From positions 13,330,001 through 13,394,000 of the forward strand of contig OZ365111.1 in NCBI GenBank assembly GCA_977030845.1: a DNA stretch of 64,000 bases. Reading direction: 5' to 3'. This stretch comes from Fimbriosthenelais zetlandica. Lineage: Eukaryota. The position numbers were made by a program, and so were the translations under genes. A model generated the notes under the pieces. It was not told where the DNA came from and did not search any database. It saw only the letters and a program-made list of their open reading frames with translations. Positions within the stretch are counted from its first letter, which is position 1. Every line of letters begins with the position of its first letter. Shown piece after piece: positions 27,151 to 41,139 of the stretch.

Positions 27151-28389
27151 AAGTCGGCCACTCCCCTCTACCTTAGTATGTACATATTGTATTAGATGTA
27201 GCAGGTTATTGGAGTTGAGCATCCACAAGCTGTCCATTCTAGTATTTTAGAGCATGGTAAATCACGATCAAGGAGCAAGCTTCCAATGTTCATCACAGAA
27301 AGTACCGACGGGCCCCCATGAAGGGCATCCAGCTCTCTAGTACGGTCATAGAATATCAAACTTTAGCTCCCTAGACAATGGCTTTTTTGTAAACGTTTCT
27401 TCCAACAAAGAAGTTGCGAAAGTCATAAGCCATCATCTGATTGTGGCATGGAATGTTGATAAATTCACATTATTGTTCTGTTTGTCTCAAATAAAGATGA
27501 CTGCGGCATTGAATAGCCCAGAATACATAATACTGGCGCCGGTTCCATAATTCATTGACTAACAATGTTCAATATCAACAATCGTATATGACTTTGAATT
27601 AAAAGTATACGAGAGATTATCAGACTTAGCAACGCATTGTGATGGTGGAACTAAAAGGTGTTGGAATCATCCGTCGTGGGAGGGTTTATAATGGCCATCA
27701 ATTGAGGTGTATATATGCTCAACGAGAGGTCATGTTGATCATAAACAACGATTAACTCCAGTAATGGATCTATTCATCTCCATACATCCTGAAAAAACTC
27801 ATCCGGTGTCCATCTCCCTGGTCAATTAATCACAGACAGTCGAGGCCCTTATCTTGTTTACAAAGGCAATGAGGATGAGAGGGAAAAGGTCAGGATCACC
27901 CCTAGCATTAGCCATATAGACATAAACCAAGAATATGTTAAGCGTATGATACTTCTAATATTGAATTTGAAAGCCTAAGACAATAACAATGTCATAATAC
28001 TTGTCGCAATACATTTTCTTGAAAGCCACGTAATGTCTCCTTATAATACGTGTGAAGAAAAGTAAATGGTGACACAATGTTCAGTGAATTTTATGTGTTT
28101 TCAAAGAACTGAGCTTCAATTGTTGACAGCAGTTAATCGGAGATCTTTATAGAACCAGGAACTGAAGCCAACAAAAATATTGTGTGCATGATGATATGAC
28201 GTTAAGGGGAACAACAGTTTCAGTTTCAGTACAAACCGAAAGCTTTGCTTTCAGATGTAGGCTTCGCTTCCGTGCCTTGGCTAGCTAGAGCATGATACAT
28301 ATCAACCAATTTTTTTCTTGTGCACTTGAAATGCCCTTGGCTATGCCAAAACGAGGAACATCCCAGAGGACACAAAGTGGGAAAATTAT

Positions 28390-28530
28390 CAATGTATCAT
28401 CTAGATGTATCAGATTGAAGGTAAAGGCCTGATAGACTGATAGTTCACTCTCAATGCCCTCCTTTGAATGGGTCAACAGGGACATGCCCTATGGACATCA
28501 ATGAAGTTCAGCTCAGTTTATGCCCAGGGA
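28390..28530 (+). mobile_element. Ty3/Gypsy RT fossil
   Basis: YQI...FT...MPYG.....QF (cf. Y.QI...TAF.T...MPFGL..AP..F). Confidence 0.33.
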
Positions 28531-30789
28531 GCACTCAGTGAAAGCACTACATCTCGGAGTACTATTTGCCATAGTAGTATTTGCACAGAGGCTTTTATAA
28601 CGATGTAGGCCTATTGCGCACAAAGTAACCAAGGGTATAATCGCTGCTAATGTGCAGGCCATTCACAATTTAATATGGCAAATTGTATAGGAGGATGTTA
28701 CTTGATAATGTGGAAATTACAATGCCATTATCATACATCGGGAAGTAGCATATGTTTGTCGGTATATAGTATCATTCGTTAATCTTGCCCAAAAGATACC
28801 ATCTACAGAACATTTCCTGAATGTTCCTATGTGCGATTACGTAGACAGAATATTAACTCATAATTGGATCATTTACTATGATAACAAAAGTTTGTCTCCC
28901 TTAAGGTACTCTTAAGCTGGGGTGGTTAATGGATCCTTATGAGCTGCTTATGGTTGCTCGCCTCCTGCTTGTATATCAGTATATCAGATCTGTCTCTATG
29001 ATTATTCCAGCATGCCACTGCTACCTGCTGGCTGATTCCTGCCTCCCTCGCCTCAACTACCATCACACAAAGTAGCTCATCATTATAAGAGCTATACTTC
29101 CGGCAAACGACAATGGCATGGCAAGCAATTAGGCCTCGTTTATCTTAGTAGGTGCCAGCATTTGCTTCTTTGTGTGGCCACTGATAGGGCAGGCGTGCAC
29201 GCCTTTCACCAAGTCTCGGAGCACGTGATCGATGTGACGAGACCCGGGCACCAGCCTTCTTCATGTGCAACAATCACAACATGGCTGCTTTTTGTTTGTC
29301 TTGCTCCCGGCCCCGAGGATAAACGCAGCATCCGCCCACCCAAAGCCTTGATTAATTGAATTGGATCTCAGCAGACGAGAGAAACCTCAACACAGTGGGT
29401 TGACCTCCAATCTAGGGGATCAAGTCCATCATTGGCCCACTGTGGGGGCTTTCAGGCTGGTTTGAATGAAATCTGAAAAGCTGGCTCCATAATTAGGCAT
29501 GCTTGCATGGCCCCCGATTCAGTTTACTGTTGGGTGGGGAATCTCATCCCTCAAACAGTAAGAGTTTTGCATTGCCCGTCGGATAAGAGAAGTAAAACAA
29601 CTCCGCACGAGTTTAAAATCCATAGTATTGTGTACGTCTTAAAAACAGAAATGAAATTCGATGAGGGATATCCAAGTTCTCACTTTGAAATGTCCTTCGG
29701 TACCTCCTTGGTGACAAATTTTAATTCCCTGACAATCGTGGATGCCTAATACTGGGACTGATTGATTAGATTAACAAATGGGTCCTTCATTTTGAATGCA
29801 TAGAATTGGCCCGCTTGACGGACAAAAAAGCCCTGTCACATTTGATTGCCACGCAGGCAGAGACGATGTGAAAAACATGAGAAAAACTAATCGTCTGATA
29901 TATAATCTAAAGTGTACTCGGTCTTTATTTTATTTCAAAACTGAGTGACTATATTGGCTTCCAGTTGATTCACTAATCTGTCAGAGTTATACTTCTGTAA
30001 TACAACCAGTCTCCAGCCTTTTTGTGTGAGGTTTACAATCTAACATCTACAGGGATTGATTTAGGACTGGGGAAAAACAAGGAAAGTCGGAGGGAAAAAG
30101 AAGAGGCGAATCAATGACACTGATGACATTGAGCTGAATCTAATCAACGACTGTCTCCCTCACGACGCACTACTAATCAATAAACGCTTTCAAAAACCAT
30201 AAAGGAAAACTATATTAAATTTGTTTCTACCTAACTCTCCCTGATAAGTGGCTATTCGTCTTATGCCGAGTAGACTTGGTCCATATCGCTTTCTATCCAA
30301 TTCTATTTAGTCTTCATACTAGTAAGCCCAAGGTGCAGCAGAGGAAAGAAAACGTTCTGTTTTACTTCTTGCAATGGTAATTGGCTTTACTTTGGGAGAC
30401 TGTGGAAAAACTTAATCCTCTCCCAAACTAATTTAGGCTGGAATTGAATATATAATAAAGCAGGGGCTTCAACCTATTCCTCATTCATGATAGGAGAAGA
30501 AGAAGAAGAACAGGGCTGACTGTGCACAGAAGAACTTCTTTTGTGATGTATTTCTTGGGGGATCCCGGACCTGTGCCATAGTGTGCAGAATGAATTAGAG
30601 TGGATGACTCCGAGTATATTTATATAAATTACCAAGTTTGGGAGAGAATGCCTGACTATGTTTGGTGGCAGTATTTTCTCTCCTTATCTTGGAAGGCAAC
30701 GTCAAGGTTTAGCAGACCCTGTGAACACGTGCCTTGTTAGGAGTCGTACGTCTTGGTTTTACTGCTAGCTTTCGTTGCAGTGGGGGTTT

Positions 30790-30880
30790 CAGGCTCAAAT
30801 GCCACAGGAAAACGAGCCTTTTCTCATCTTCCGGACCGTTTCTTTATTGTGTATGATTTGCATCTGCAGATGATATATTC
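30790..30880 (+). mobile_element. Possible LINE RT fossil
   Basis: MPQENEPFLIF, then SADDI (cf. VPQGS.LGP.LF and FADD). Confidence 0.22.
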
Positions 30881-32049
30881 CCAGAACGATATTTATATGA
30901 CAGATGGGTGGGAAATGACTGAACACTTAGCAAGCACTCGATATTCACTAAGCAACTCAGACCATCTGCAGGTACACACGCCTCGGTATTTTATGGCAGA
31001 CAGAAGAAGACTATGTCTTTTAATGAGTGAACTGCATGGGATTATTCACTGTTAAGTTTAGAGTTGATTATCTCTCATTACAGAGAGGGTTATAATGTAA
31101 ATATAAAATATTCAGGTCTACAATACTAAATTGGAAGAAGCAGATATTATTCAAACATCTGATACTGACTGAACTCGCACTGGTTCATCTGACAATATGG
31201 AGTTGATTTTTTCTTACAGCTTGGGAGTTTTATGGGACACTTTAAAGAAAATTAATGCAGTCTGACATTTACTTTACGTCTCCGTCTGTGGATTTGATTA
31301 AGGTAAGCCCGATCCCTTCCCAGGTGTATTTCTGTATTTGAAGCTAATTGCCTCAGATCAGCTTGACTTTCTATCTTTAATCAAATGTACAATGTGGCTA
31401 ATGATTCGAGTTAGACAGAGGCATGTGACTGAAGCAAAAATCAGTGATTTGTTTCAAAGGTCCCAAAGCTCCCCCTCACGTGACGACATGTGATGCTATA
31501 AAGTCAGCTCTGAAGGGCACTTCAGTACATTCCAGTAATATAAATAATTAATTTGCTGAAAAATGGGATGAGAATGAAAGCTAGGTCGATGGGCAAATTC
31601 GAAAACCTCGGGAAAGTATAACCATGGCAAGGACATTCTAAAGGTTTTGAATTGACCTTGGTGGAAATGGAGGACGAACGCTTCATTTAAAATTGGTATT
31701 TCTTACAACGGCGATCGAGTCGCCTCGCCATGTGCTGTCATGTTTGCCAGTAATATGAATGGAGTGTATTGTATTTCAAAAAAATTCACATTTATGTAAT
31801 GATTCATATGATATTCAATACGTCATTTGTAGTCAATATCAAGTAATGACACTACACTTCGAATACAATTGTGAGATTGTGTGAGGAGATAAAAATACCA
31901 ATAAAGATGTAATGAATGTCTAGTGTCTGTGGAAAGGACCCTTTAATCCAGCCATTAGTAGAAATACAGACTTTCTCCCCAGCTTACAAAGTCCATTAAG
32001 ATGAAAGGATGATTTCAGGAAATACCCACAACAAATGTTAAGCCAGGGA

Positions 32050-32800
32050 TGTGAAAAATGAGGCCTTCAATCAAGGAGGGGGATATTTGATACTTTATTG
32101 TTCCTTTCCAGCAGCAACCTGCCACCCGAAGCATTATTTTCCCTCTGCTTTGCTCCGAATGTGACCATCGCCTGACGAATGTGAAAGGGAAGGAGCAGTT
32201 CCAGGCCAATATTTTCCCACCTGAATGGTGTGCAAATCAAATCCCAGGGTATCAACATTTCTTAATGCCTTGGATTTCAGAAATCATTATTTCCTACTTG
32301 GAGCACACTTTTCATGATTGCAGCAAGGGAAAAGTGGCAATCAAAAGAAAAAGCTGGAGTCCCTTGTATTAGCTCTCCTACCAGAGACCAGAATAAGGCT
32401 GAATCCGTGGGTAATAACAGCGATCAGACAAGTCGCAATAAGGAGATTTTTATTATTAAATTCACCACGCTTTTTGTTTCACTCAAATACTGAGGAGGGA
32501 TGCAATAACTTAAGATTCAATAGGCTTCCTGAAATAAATTTATGGAAATACTGTTTGCAAAATTCACAGGCTGACCAGTATACATACGTTTTACTGTTTT
32601 TCATAGAGTATCCAATTCATTGTACAGAATAATCTTTATCCAAATATCAAAGTATGATTTATGATAAGATGTTAATGTCTAATACAGTCATTCCTGTTTT
32701 CCCAACAGGCATAGATCCATAAAGGAAAATCATTTTGAATGATTCGGCAAACCCTCACATCAAGCCCAACAATCTGGAGGATTAGAAATCGTACATGCCA
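32050..32800 (+). mobile_element. L1/Tx1-type LINE RT fossil
   Basis: EAFN..GYL (cf. KAFD.V.W.YL), NLPPEALFSLCFAP (cf. PLSP.LF.L..EP), YLE (cf. YLG), and KGKSF*MIRQTL...GGLEI (cf. W.GK..RI.R.TL..P...GGL), in order. Confidence 0.45.
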
Positions 32801-33799
32801 CTGCATTCATTACGTATTCATGGACAAGAAATAGCATTCTGCTGTTCGCACTCCTTGAGTGGGGAAGCATTCCCATCTATTTCCCTACAGGCAGAATAAT
32901 ACAGTTTCCCCGGACAAGAAAGATCTGTCTCTGCAAACATCATTACAGGCCACAAAGAAGAGAAAATGATCTACAGCATGCATTTGAAGCATCGGTTCAG
33001 ATTCACAGCCGTATTCTGCGCTGCCCTTTCCCACCATGTGGACGATTCAATGGGAAAGCAATCGCTTATCATTCAATATGTACAGGGGGATGAAGCAGGC
33101 ATGCACACAGGGATGCTACTTCTTTAAACCCTTTTGCTGCATGTTAATTACAACGAAATCTCATGTTAAATGTTTGTTTAACCCTTTCATATGGTCGGTG
33201 ATTGCCAATGAAACATGGCAAGTGTTTAAAATGGGATGTATAGATAGATACACTTGCTTCAGGGTTTGAATTCTATAGAGGCAGAAAAATATTGTGTTTT
33301 CTTTTTCTTAGATAGCATAACCCATCTTTGCCAATGCCTTGGGGAAACTAACATACATTGAATAAATTCAGGCGTTGAGATCTATAATTTATTTTTTTTC
33401 TAATTATATATGACATCCATTTCAGACAATGTTCTAAATTTAAACCAGAATAATTTGTGGCAATGTGAATAGGGAACTACTATACATCGGCCACGTGCGG
33501 AGAATTGGGAAATATTTAAACCCTCAGGGAAGAAAATATGACAGCGTTTCAATATATTTCAAAACTATTCATTACCACTACCAGGTCATAACTTATAATA
33601 TATACCTCAGGTATTATGATGGTAAATGGAATCGATACCGAGGCCTGCAGAAGAGTTTTTCTCTTTTGAGACAGGCTCAAATGAACTTTATACATGTACC
33701 TTCTGGGAACTGCATGCTCTCGCACAGCTGTACCCTCATTCAATGGGCACACATTGAGTGGGACTGGTAACACTGAAGTGGTCTTAAGTAAATGGTACC

Positions 33800-33960
33800 C
33801 AGATATCATTTCTACAAATACATCCATCCTTCTACAATTACACTGATGCAATCAGCACAGAAAGATATGAGTCCAACTTTGCCTTTCCAAGAAAAGAAGA
33901 AATCTTAAGCAACATATTAGCATTCATGAGCACCATCCTTCAGCATCAGTGGGAATATCA
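33800..33960 (-). mobile_element. Possible L1/Tx1 RT C-terminal fossil
   Basis: FFSWKGK (cf. F.F.W.GK), followed by a degenerate GG-like motif. Confidence 0.22.
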
Positions 33961-35249
33961 AAGTGGGGTAAAAATTCTCTCTGGTGGTATAACCAAGGAT
34001 AATCCTACGGCAATTACCCCAATAAAAAGGCAAACAGGAGGAGAGTGGAGCTCCTCAGGCCAGTCTTCTCCACAGATAGCGTTACTAAGAGATGGGGGGA
34101 CGTCTGTGGATAGTTAGACTACTCCTCGTTTGCCAGGAATCTGCTGGAGTTTCCGATCCATTTCACCATGGGGTAATTACAACATTTTCCTCTGGGCAAC
34201 TTCATAAGGGTTAGATAGCAATAGAAGGGGGATTAGTGTGAAACTGAGCCCATGTAAGCGTTCCGGGAGGCTAAACTATCAGGGGCTTTATCCCACGCGT
34301 CCATTACTTTGACTTGCCATCCCCATGCGCTAAGCCTTCGTCCAATGACAGGCCAGTGCAATTAGTGCCTCCATTATCGCCAGCAAGTTTCTCTTGAGCC
34401 AATAACAAGTGAAAGCTTAGCATCTAAATGATGCTCTGCCAAGAGGCAGCATAAGTCGGAAGTGATAAGGATTTTTGTTTTAGTCTCGGTGGTATAATTA
34501 GTGTCCGGGATTAGACTGCAGGAGGTCATCTTCATACTAATTGACCTACAACATTCACATATAGAGCATCATTAACAACACTAACAGTGTGAATCTTACC
34601 TCATTTATTCACAGTACAGTGTTGTGAGAACAGAGGGAGGGACAAATTGTTTGGGTTAAACGAGCACTTCTTTGCCAAATTAACCTCCATGACATCCGGC
34701 AGGATTAATGGCGGATTCAGACAGGATGTAGATGTGGGGAAGTTCAACGTGAATGCAGATGTTTCCTTTATAAATCCCGCCGCCAAATTGCATGTCCATG
34801 TGAATAGAGCCGAGCGACACACCCAGACCTTCTTTTGACGTGAAGGGCATTTCAAATCAGCAGGATGTTCCGGGGATAAAGAGGACTATGCTAAAAAAAG
34901 GACAGCTGTAGGGGGTTCCAGTCTCATGTCCCTCCAGCTTGTAGCCCCTCATTGTGCTTATAATTACGAGGGTGTGGCATACTGCTGATACTCGATGGAC
35001 AAAGGCATCTCCTGTCCACAATGAGCCCTATTGCCAACAAGAACACAAGTGAGAGGAAATAGACTTCGTCCTTGAGGCGACAGGACATTTCCGCTACTTC
35101 TGATAAGTTAGCCTCTTCATCTTTCATTTTGCTGGAGCAGGCCTATAGAAGGAGCGAGACTTGAAAACAATTATATGGCTATCTCTTGCTGAGCATGAAA
35201 TATGATGAAGAGGAGGGGGAGCAGAGAAGCGGATGTTCAAAAATGGTGC

Positions 35250-35450
35250 TACACCATATTGATAATAGAATGGTCACATAAAAATGTACCCTTAGAAAAG
35301 GCAGCTGAAAACCAAAACATCCACAGTGTTCTCCTATTCCTAATGGCAAAAGTTAAGAACGTCATAATTGTTATCTTGAAAGTTGGGCTGAACAGTAAGA
35401 AAAACTTTCTTCTATACATTTGGACATTATTTTCAATGATCATTCATGAT
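35250..35450 (-). mobile_element. LINE RT fossil
   Basis: IENNVQ.Y (cf. NNLL...QYGF) and FSKGTFLCDHSII (cf. FSKAFD.VDH.IL). Confidence 0.33.
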
Positions 35451-36149
35451 CATTCAAATGGGAATATCTGAACCTGTCACCATTTGAATGGGAACATACG
35501 GGATAAAAAGTATTATTGAGATGCTTCATCAAATTGAAATGGAAAATGAGAGGGATAGAATGTAAAAAATGGGCAGAAGCAGGTGCAATGATAGAGTAAG
35601 GAGGCTTGGAATAAGAAGGCACCATATATACTACTTACACTGATTTAAGGGAAGCTAATAGTGCTTGCCACTCGTGTATAATCAAATTCAGAGTTAGCCC
35701 TAAAGCTGTTCAAGTCTGCACTGTCTCTCTTTAAAGCCATCTAGTTCCAGATTAACATTCAAAAAGCAATAAATACTCGGTCTTTTCCTCAGTACCGTAA
35801 TGGGATACCTCTTAATCCAGAAAGTCCAGGAAGCACTTAATAGCGGGAGCGAGCCTCCTGTGTGTACTGAGGAGAGGTAGCGCCGGTAGTAGAGGGAAAT
35901 GTGACATTGCCCCGGGTAACATTGCCAGCCTGCTATCTGTGTGGCTTGGGGATCAGCTTACATTCCCCTGTTTGGGATTAGAAACACGACGTGAAGACAA
36001 ACTAGGGCATACATCGCTCCCGAGGCTGACTGATCGTGGGGCTTATTTCTCCATCTATCTTTATAAACGGGCGACCTTAGGCAATTTGTCCCTCTGACCT
36101 CCTGTGTCGAGTTCATGCTTGTGGACACAGAACAATCAGCAAGGAGCTC

Positions 36150-36440
36150 CACTAGGGTCAAAGTATTCAGACCAGGATAACCTTTCCTACCTGTGCTGAC
36201 ATTCCTATGCATCTATCCAGTTATTGGTGCATACAATAGGTTTTCTCATTAATAAAAATGATGGACAGTTTGTATGAGGTATTAAAGTGGATCTGATACA
36301 GTTTGCAGGACAGATTTTTTTGAGTGATCTCATTCTAACTAGGCACAATGGAATAATTCCCTTCTTTCCTTCATAAAGAAATCAATAATGGACATTTCTC
36401 TTGGACTCGCTATCCGCCAATACTTGTATAAAGGGACACT
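36150..36440 (-). mobile_element. Possible Penelope-like RT fossil
   Basis: VSLYTSI at 36419-36439 (cf. DV.SLYT.I), with KGYP downstream (cf. NGYP). Confidence 0.3.
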
Positions 36441-36589
36441 CATTTCTTGGCAACAGCTGTTGCATGGATGATTTACCCACAAGGGTAAGGAACGGAGGCG
36501 ATATTGGATCGGTCTTAATCATTGCTTTAATAATCATATCAGACTGAAATAAGATTTGGGGGACCCTGAGCTGAGAGAGCTAAGAAAGA

Positions 36590-36813
36590 CACACTCTCTT
36601 CTTCTCTCTTCCCTGTCTCCTTTACTCCCCAACCCTCTCCCTTCCCTGTCTCTAACCCCTTTCTCTATCTCCCTCTCTCTCTATCTCTAAATCACTCACA
36701 TTCCCTCCATCCGCTTTCCTGTCTCACTCCACCCTCCTCTCTGTGTCCCCTCACCCCCTCTCTCCCTTCCTCCACTCCCCTCTTTCTGTCTCACTCTCAC
36801 TCACTCTTTCTCC
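36590..36813 (+). repeat. Degenerate CT-rich polypyrimidine tract
   Basis: About 220 bp, almost entirely C/T on the + strand. Confidence 0.85.
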
Positions 36814-37379
36814 GTTGCGCCTTTATCATTGTAGATAAGGGATGGATACCTTGCATGCCCCATCTGACGTTCTACCCACCCTCAACGTTTGCTCCGACAG
36901 CCCAGTAAGCAGTTGCTTTACAAGCAGCCAAGAAAAGCTGAAGCTTCTTGGTCACATATACAAGGGCTAATATTTTCTGTCACGTCATTCTACAATAAGG
37001 TGCAGCTGCTATAGTGAGAAGTAAATGACCTGAATGATTTTATATTCGAGACCTTGAAAAGTATTCTTTTTATTGAAGATTGATTTTCTCCTTTGGTAAG
37101 CGATGAAATCTCTAGTGAATGGTTTCTAGATTTCCATCTATCGTGATTCGTTGGCAAGGTAATTTATCAATGTACTTTTCAGGTTGGGAAACAATATATC
37201 GATAGGAAGTATACTATCTCCAACTATATAGTGCTTACGGTGGTTATTGTCAATAACTAATAGAACAGTGGCACAGCAAGAACGTCACACATTATAACTG
37301 GATCACTTCCCGCTCCAAATCTTCTCTTACCACTGAAAGGATTGGAAGGCAAAAACAACTTTTAGACAGAGGAAATCAT

Positions 37380-38510
37380 GAAGAAATGGGACTGTTCCGA
37401 AGCGCTGAAAGCAGATCTCAAATCCAATTAAGCTTGAAATGCTTGGATGTATGGACCTTTAGGGAGATGGTCGGGGCTCATCCTCAAGTAAGATTGTGGG
37501 TGGAGGTAGAAGTACGTTCTCCATGATTATTGTGTTCCTTTTTCTCAAGAGACATGCCATGTATGCCATATGCATGGCGTGTCGTTCAATGTTCATACAT
37601 ATCGGGAACACCCAGTAAATCTCCTATGTCCTATAAAATTCTCTTTATGACCAAGGGTTTGTGTGGGGGAACAGTTGGAAATCAGCATGGATGATTCAGA
37701 GGCAGGGTACTCCAACATAACCCCTGAGACCATTCATAGATGTATCCCAACAAAAGGGCTCGCCTTTGGGGGACTGTGGGCTCTCCTGAGGAATTTTGCG
37801 AGTCATTTCCCTCGCCGAAGGCCTACATTTCCATATAGTTGTAGCACAAGCTCCCGAACACCATTTGTGCAATGGTTTATGATGCTTTCCTCACTTGGGA
37901 TTAGTAGTTGTCGCATATCACTAAATTCCCATCTAACATTAAAGATGTGCCCTACAAGTAGTCTGATATAGCCCACAGAAGATCATCGCCAGAAGAACAT
38001 TTTAGTGCTTATAGTCATGGAGTCCCATCTGTGGATAATAACTGTAGAATTTCGTTATCAGAGTGAAATGATAAGTGATACATCAGACTACAGGGATTCT
38101 TTAGAGGATCGCAGCCATCAAACCAACACTTTACTCTCATTCCATGAGGTTTAGCATTTCAAAATGCCCTGACAAGGGATCGGATGACTCTCAAAAGTCC
38201 ATAAATCATATTCAATCTGTTCATAAAGCAACATGCACAATAGAAAAGTCGAGGGATAAGAGACCATAAATTCAGATATCACCTGCTTACTATGAACACA
38301 AATGAATTTAACACCTTCTTTAAAACGACTCAATTGATTACGAACCATTGAAATGCCATCATTTCGAAGACCATGGTGAAAAATATCGTGCTTCAAACCA
38401 TCGTTTGAGCAGGTGTTTCCAGCTAAGGTCAAAAGGAAGTGAATTTTGATGAATGGCTCTTCTTCCAATATTCTCGCCTTTTTCTCTTTGTCTTGGCATG
38501 ATACATTGCC
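37380..38510 (-). mobile_element. Second PIF/Harbinger transposase fossil
   Basis: KRKRREYW, FHHGLRND, VRE.CATTIWKCRP (cf. V.EVC.AIW..L.P), LPPP.ILLEDE and ..FG, in the expected order across frames. Confidence 0.38.
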
Positions 38511-39499
38511 AGGCACCTGAGGGAGGGAGAAAGAAGATAGAAGGAGAAACGGAGACGCCAGCCGCCCTATATCATTCAATATAGCATTGTGGCGAGCAAG
38601 CAGCAATAGCCAGCTTGGGGAGCAGTACCAGTACTGACCTCCACCTACTGTGGACACAGAGGAAAGACTTGGTTCATATTGAACGACCTCCATAAGTCAT
38701 CACCGCCTGGCAAGATGGAAAAATAACAAGAACATGATGGACCCAGTCTGGCCGGTTTTCTACCTCTCGTCGTTAGGCAGTGCTCTTCCACACACCCCTG
38801 TCACTAGACATAGCATATTGTTCTCCGCCAGATAAATAATTCAGACTTTGGGCCCAGCAGTGTAACTTGAAAGTGTCGTCCGACCTCACGCTCTTAAAGG
38901 TCAATGAGAAACGATGACCTCAGACTGCAATGTTCCTGGCTGCTGGTCGGGTGGTTATTGCAAAGAGAATGCAACATGGCAAGCAATCCCTCAAGGATGA
39001 TCGAACTGAGGTAAGCCATTCAAAATATACATCCGCATCCCTTCATTCTTGAACTGGACTTATTTATTGGTTTTTGCCCAACATTGCGCATCATAACTTT
39101 CAAACAAGAGCGGGAAATGAAATCTAAAACCCTCACTATCACAAAGGCGGCATTAAATCATGCCTAATCTTGCTTGGAAAACTTTAAGAAGGCCTTAAAG
39201 CGAAGGCGTCTTTTCAACAGATCAAAGGCAGAGATTGGCTTTAAGAGGAGAATATCACAAATCTAATCCCGACGCCTGCTCCTTTGATCGCCTGATACCG
39301 TTGTCTTGTTAAGACGATCCTATGAAGTATAGGATTCTGGAGGAGGCCACCTCTAAAGCGGCTCCACAAGACCTGATCTACTACAGCTTGTAGAGAGATT
39401 TGGCACGATGCAAATCAGCACGTGGCTTCCCACTGTGGTCGCCTCGTTGACCTCCGTCCCCTGCTGATATGCTTGACATGCTAACCTTTAATTAAATCT

Positions 39500-39880
39500 G
39501 CCATTATCACGGCCTTGTCCTCTCATATCCCTGTCACTATTGCTGTCCAGGCACAGCCACCAAAGAGCCTGGGGCAATCCCTGTGATACAAGCAAACCTG
39601 CCTGCCGGCTATTAGCCTATTGACCTACACCGTTCCACTGAGTGATCTGAGATGCATATTTAGAGTAGATTTGATGTAGAGAGAGCAGGTTGGTGATAGT
39701 TACATGGGAATCTTGCAGGTGCATCGAAGATGACCCTCGATCAGCATCCGATGAGTTGGTTAATGGCACTTAACTCATCCGGCAAGTGTGTAATGGACAA
39801 GATGGGTCAGTGTCGAGAGAGGAGGATGGAGGAAGAGTATGTAGCCAAGCTTATCAGGATGTTAAATGCCTTCCTTTCTA
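39500..39880 (-). mobile_element. LINE RT fossil
   Basis: RKAFN (39861-39872), QWNG, VSQGLPQ and AD, in order (cf. KAFD, V.WNG, GVPQG, ADD). Confidence 0.4.
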
Positions 39881-41139
39881 TGAGACTCGCCAATAGTCTT
39901 ATGCCGGGCCCACACAGAGGCGATTTGCCTAAGCGATACAGAGCGATGCTGAAACTTTGTCGCATTTAAGATTTCGCGACGACGCTGCGAGATTTAATGT
40001 AAACACAAGCGCGTGTGATATATATATATGCTCCTGCTGCGAGGCAAAAAAAAATAATTAAAGAAAAATGTTCAAATTTCCATGTGCCATATTGCGATTT
40101 CCGTCGCGCACGTCATCCAGAGGACAGGCAAGAGTTCAGCCATTGTCGCATGCCAGACCCAAATTGCTCGCCTAATGGGAATGTGGACCATGCTCCACAG
40201 ACAATACGGTACAGTGTTCCGCTAACCAGACAAGCACTGACAGAAAATGTCATGAAGTATTTAGGACTGACGCCATAATGGAGTCTATACCTCAATATTA
40301 CACCATTGCTCATACAGTTTTTCTTCGGGAGGCAAAAGCTATAGCTTTTCTCTTCACCTTTTTCTTCGTACAAGCTCCGTGTTTTCTGTTACACTGATGA
40401 GGTTTTTATTGCTTCCAATGGTATCCTATAACACTCGACACAGCGATCAATAGTAAATTTACACTCACTCCTCTTTTTCAGTGATAAATAATGAAAATGA
40501 AGCAGCGTCTGCTGGCCATTGATAGTACTCAAGTCTGAAGTTATCACTAAGAAAACATCCCCTCAGACCGAGTGCATCCGTTGCATTTCTGAGGGGGCTA
40601 TGTCTTACTTGGCTCTGGGCCTTCCCCTGGAAGTCAAGGCCCATGTAATCAACTTTGCATGCCTCTCTTCCTGCTTCCTCCTATCTTGCCCCGTGACCGC
40701 AGCTTTGCTAATTGATTGAAGCAAATACAGCAGAGGGGTGCCCTGGGTAAGAACAATATTTGGTCAGGTCGTTGCTGGCACCTGTGTCATCTGTAGAACA
40801 GGTGTTTGGATGGCCAGCAGGAGGTGCGTTCATGTTTGGTATGATAACGTTGTGGAGTTCACCTACAGCAACTCTTTCACACTACATTTGTGCAGTGAAG
40901 ACCGTATGCCGTGAATAAATATTATCAAATACTGCAAAACACTCAGTATTTTCAGTATTACTTATGTATGGGAAAGGAAAGGAAGTGGTGAGGAGTGGAA
41001 GCAGGCAGGTCATTGTGCATGAAATATGGTTATTTGTATGGTACAACTATTGTCCCATCCATGTCCAACTATCATATATTGATTGTCATAGCCAGGCACT
41101 CTGCCATCATAGGCTACTTGCCAGTTCCATTACTTCCTC

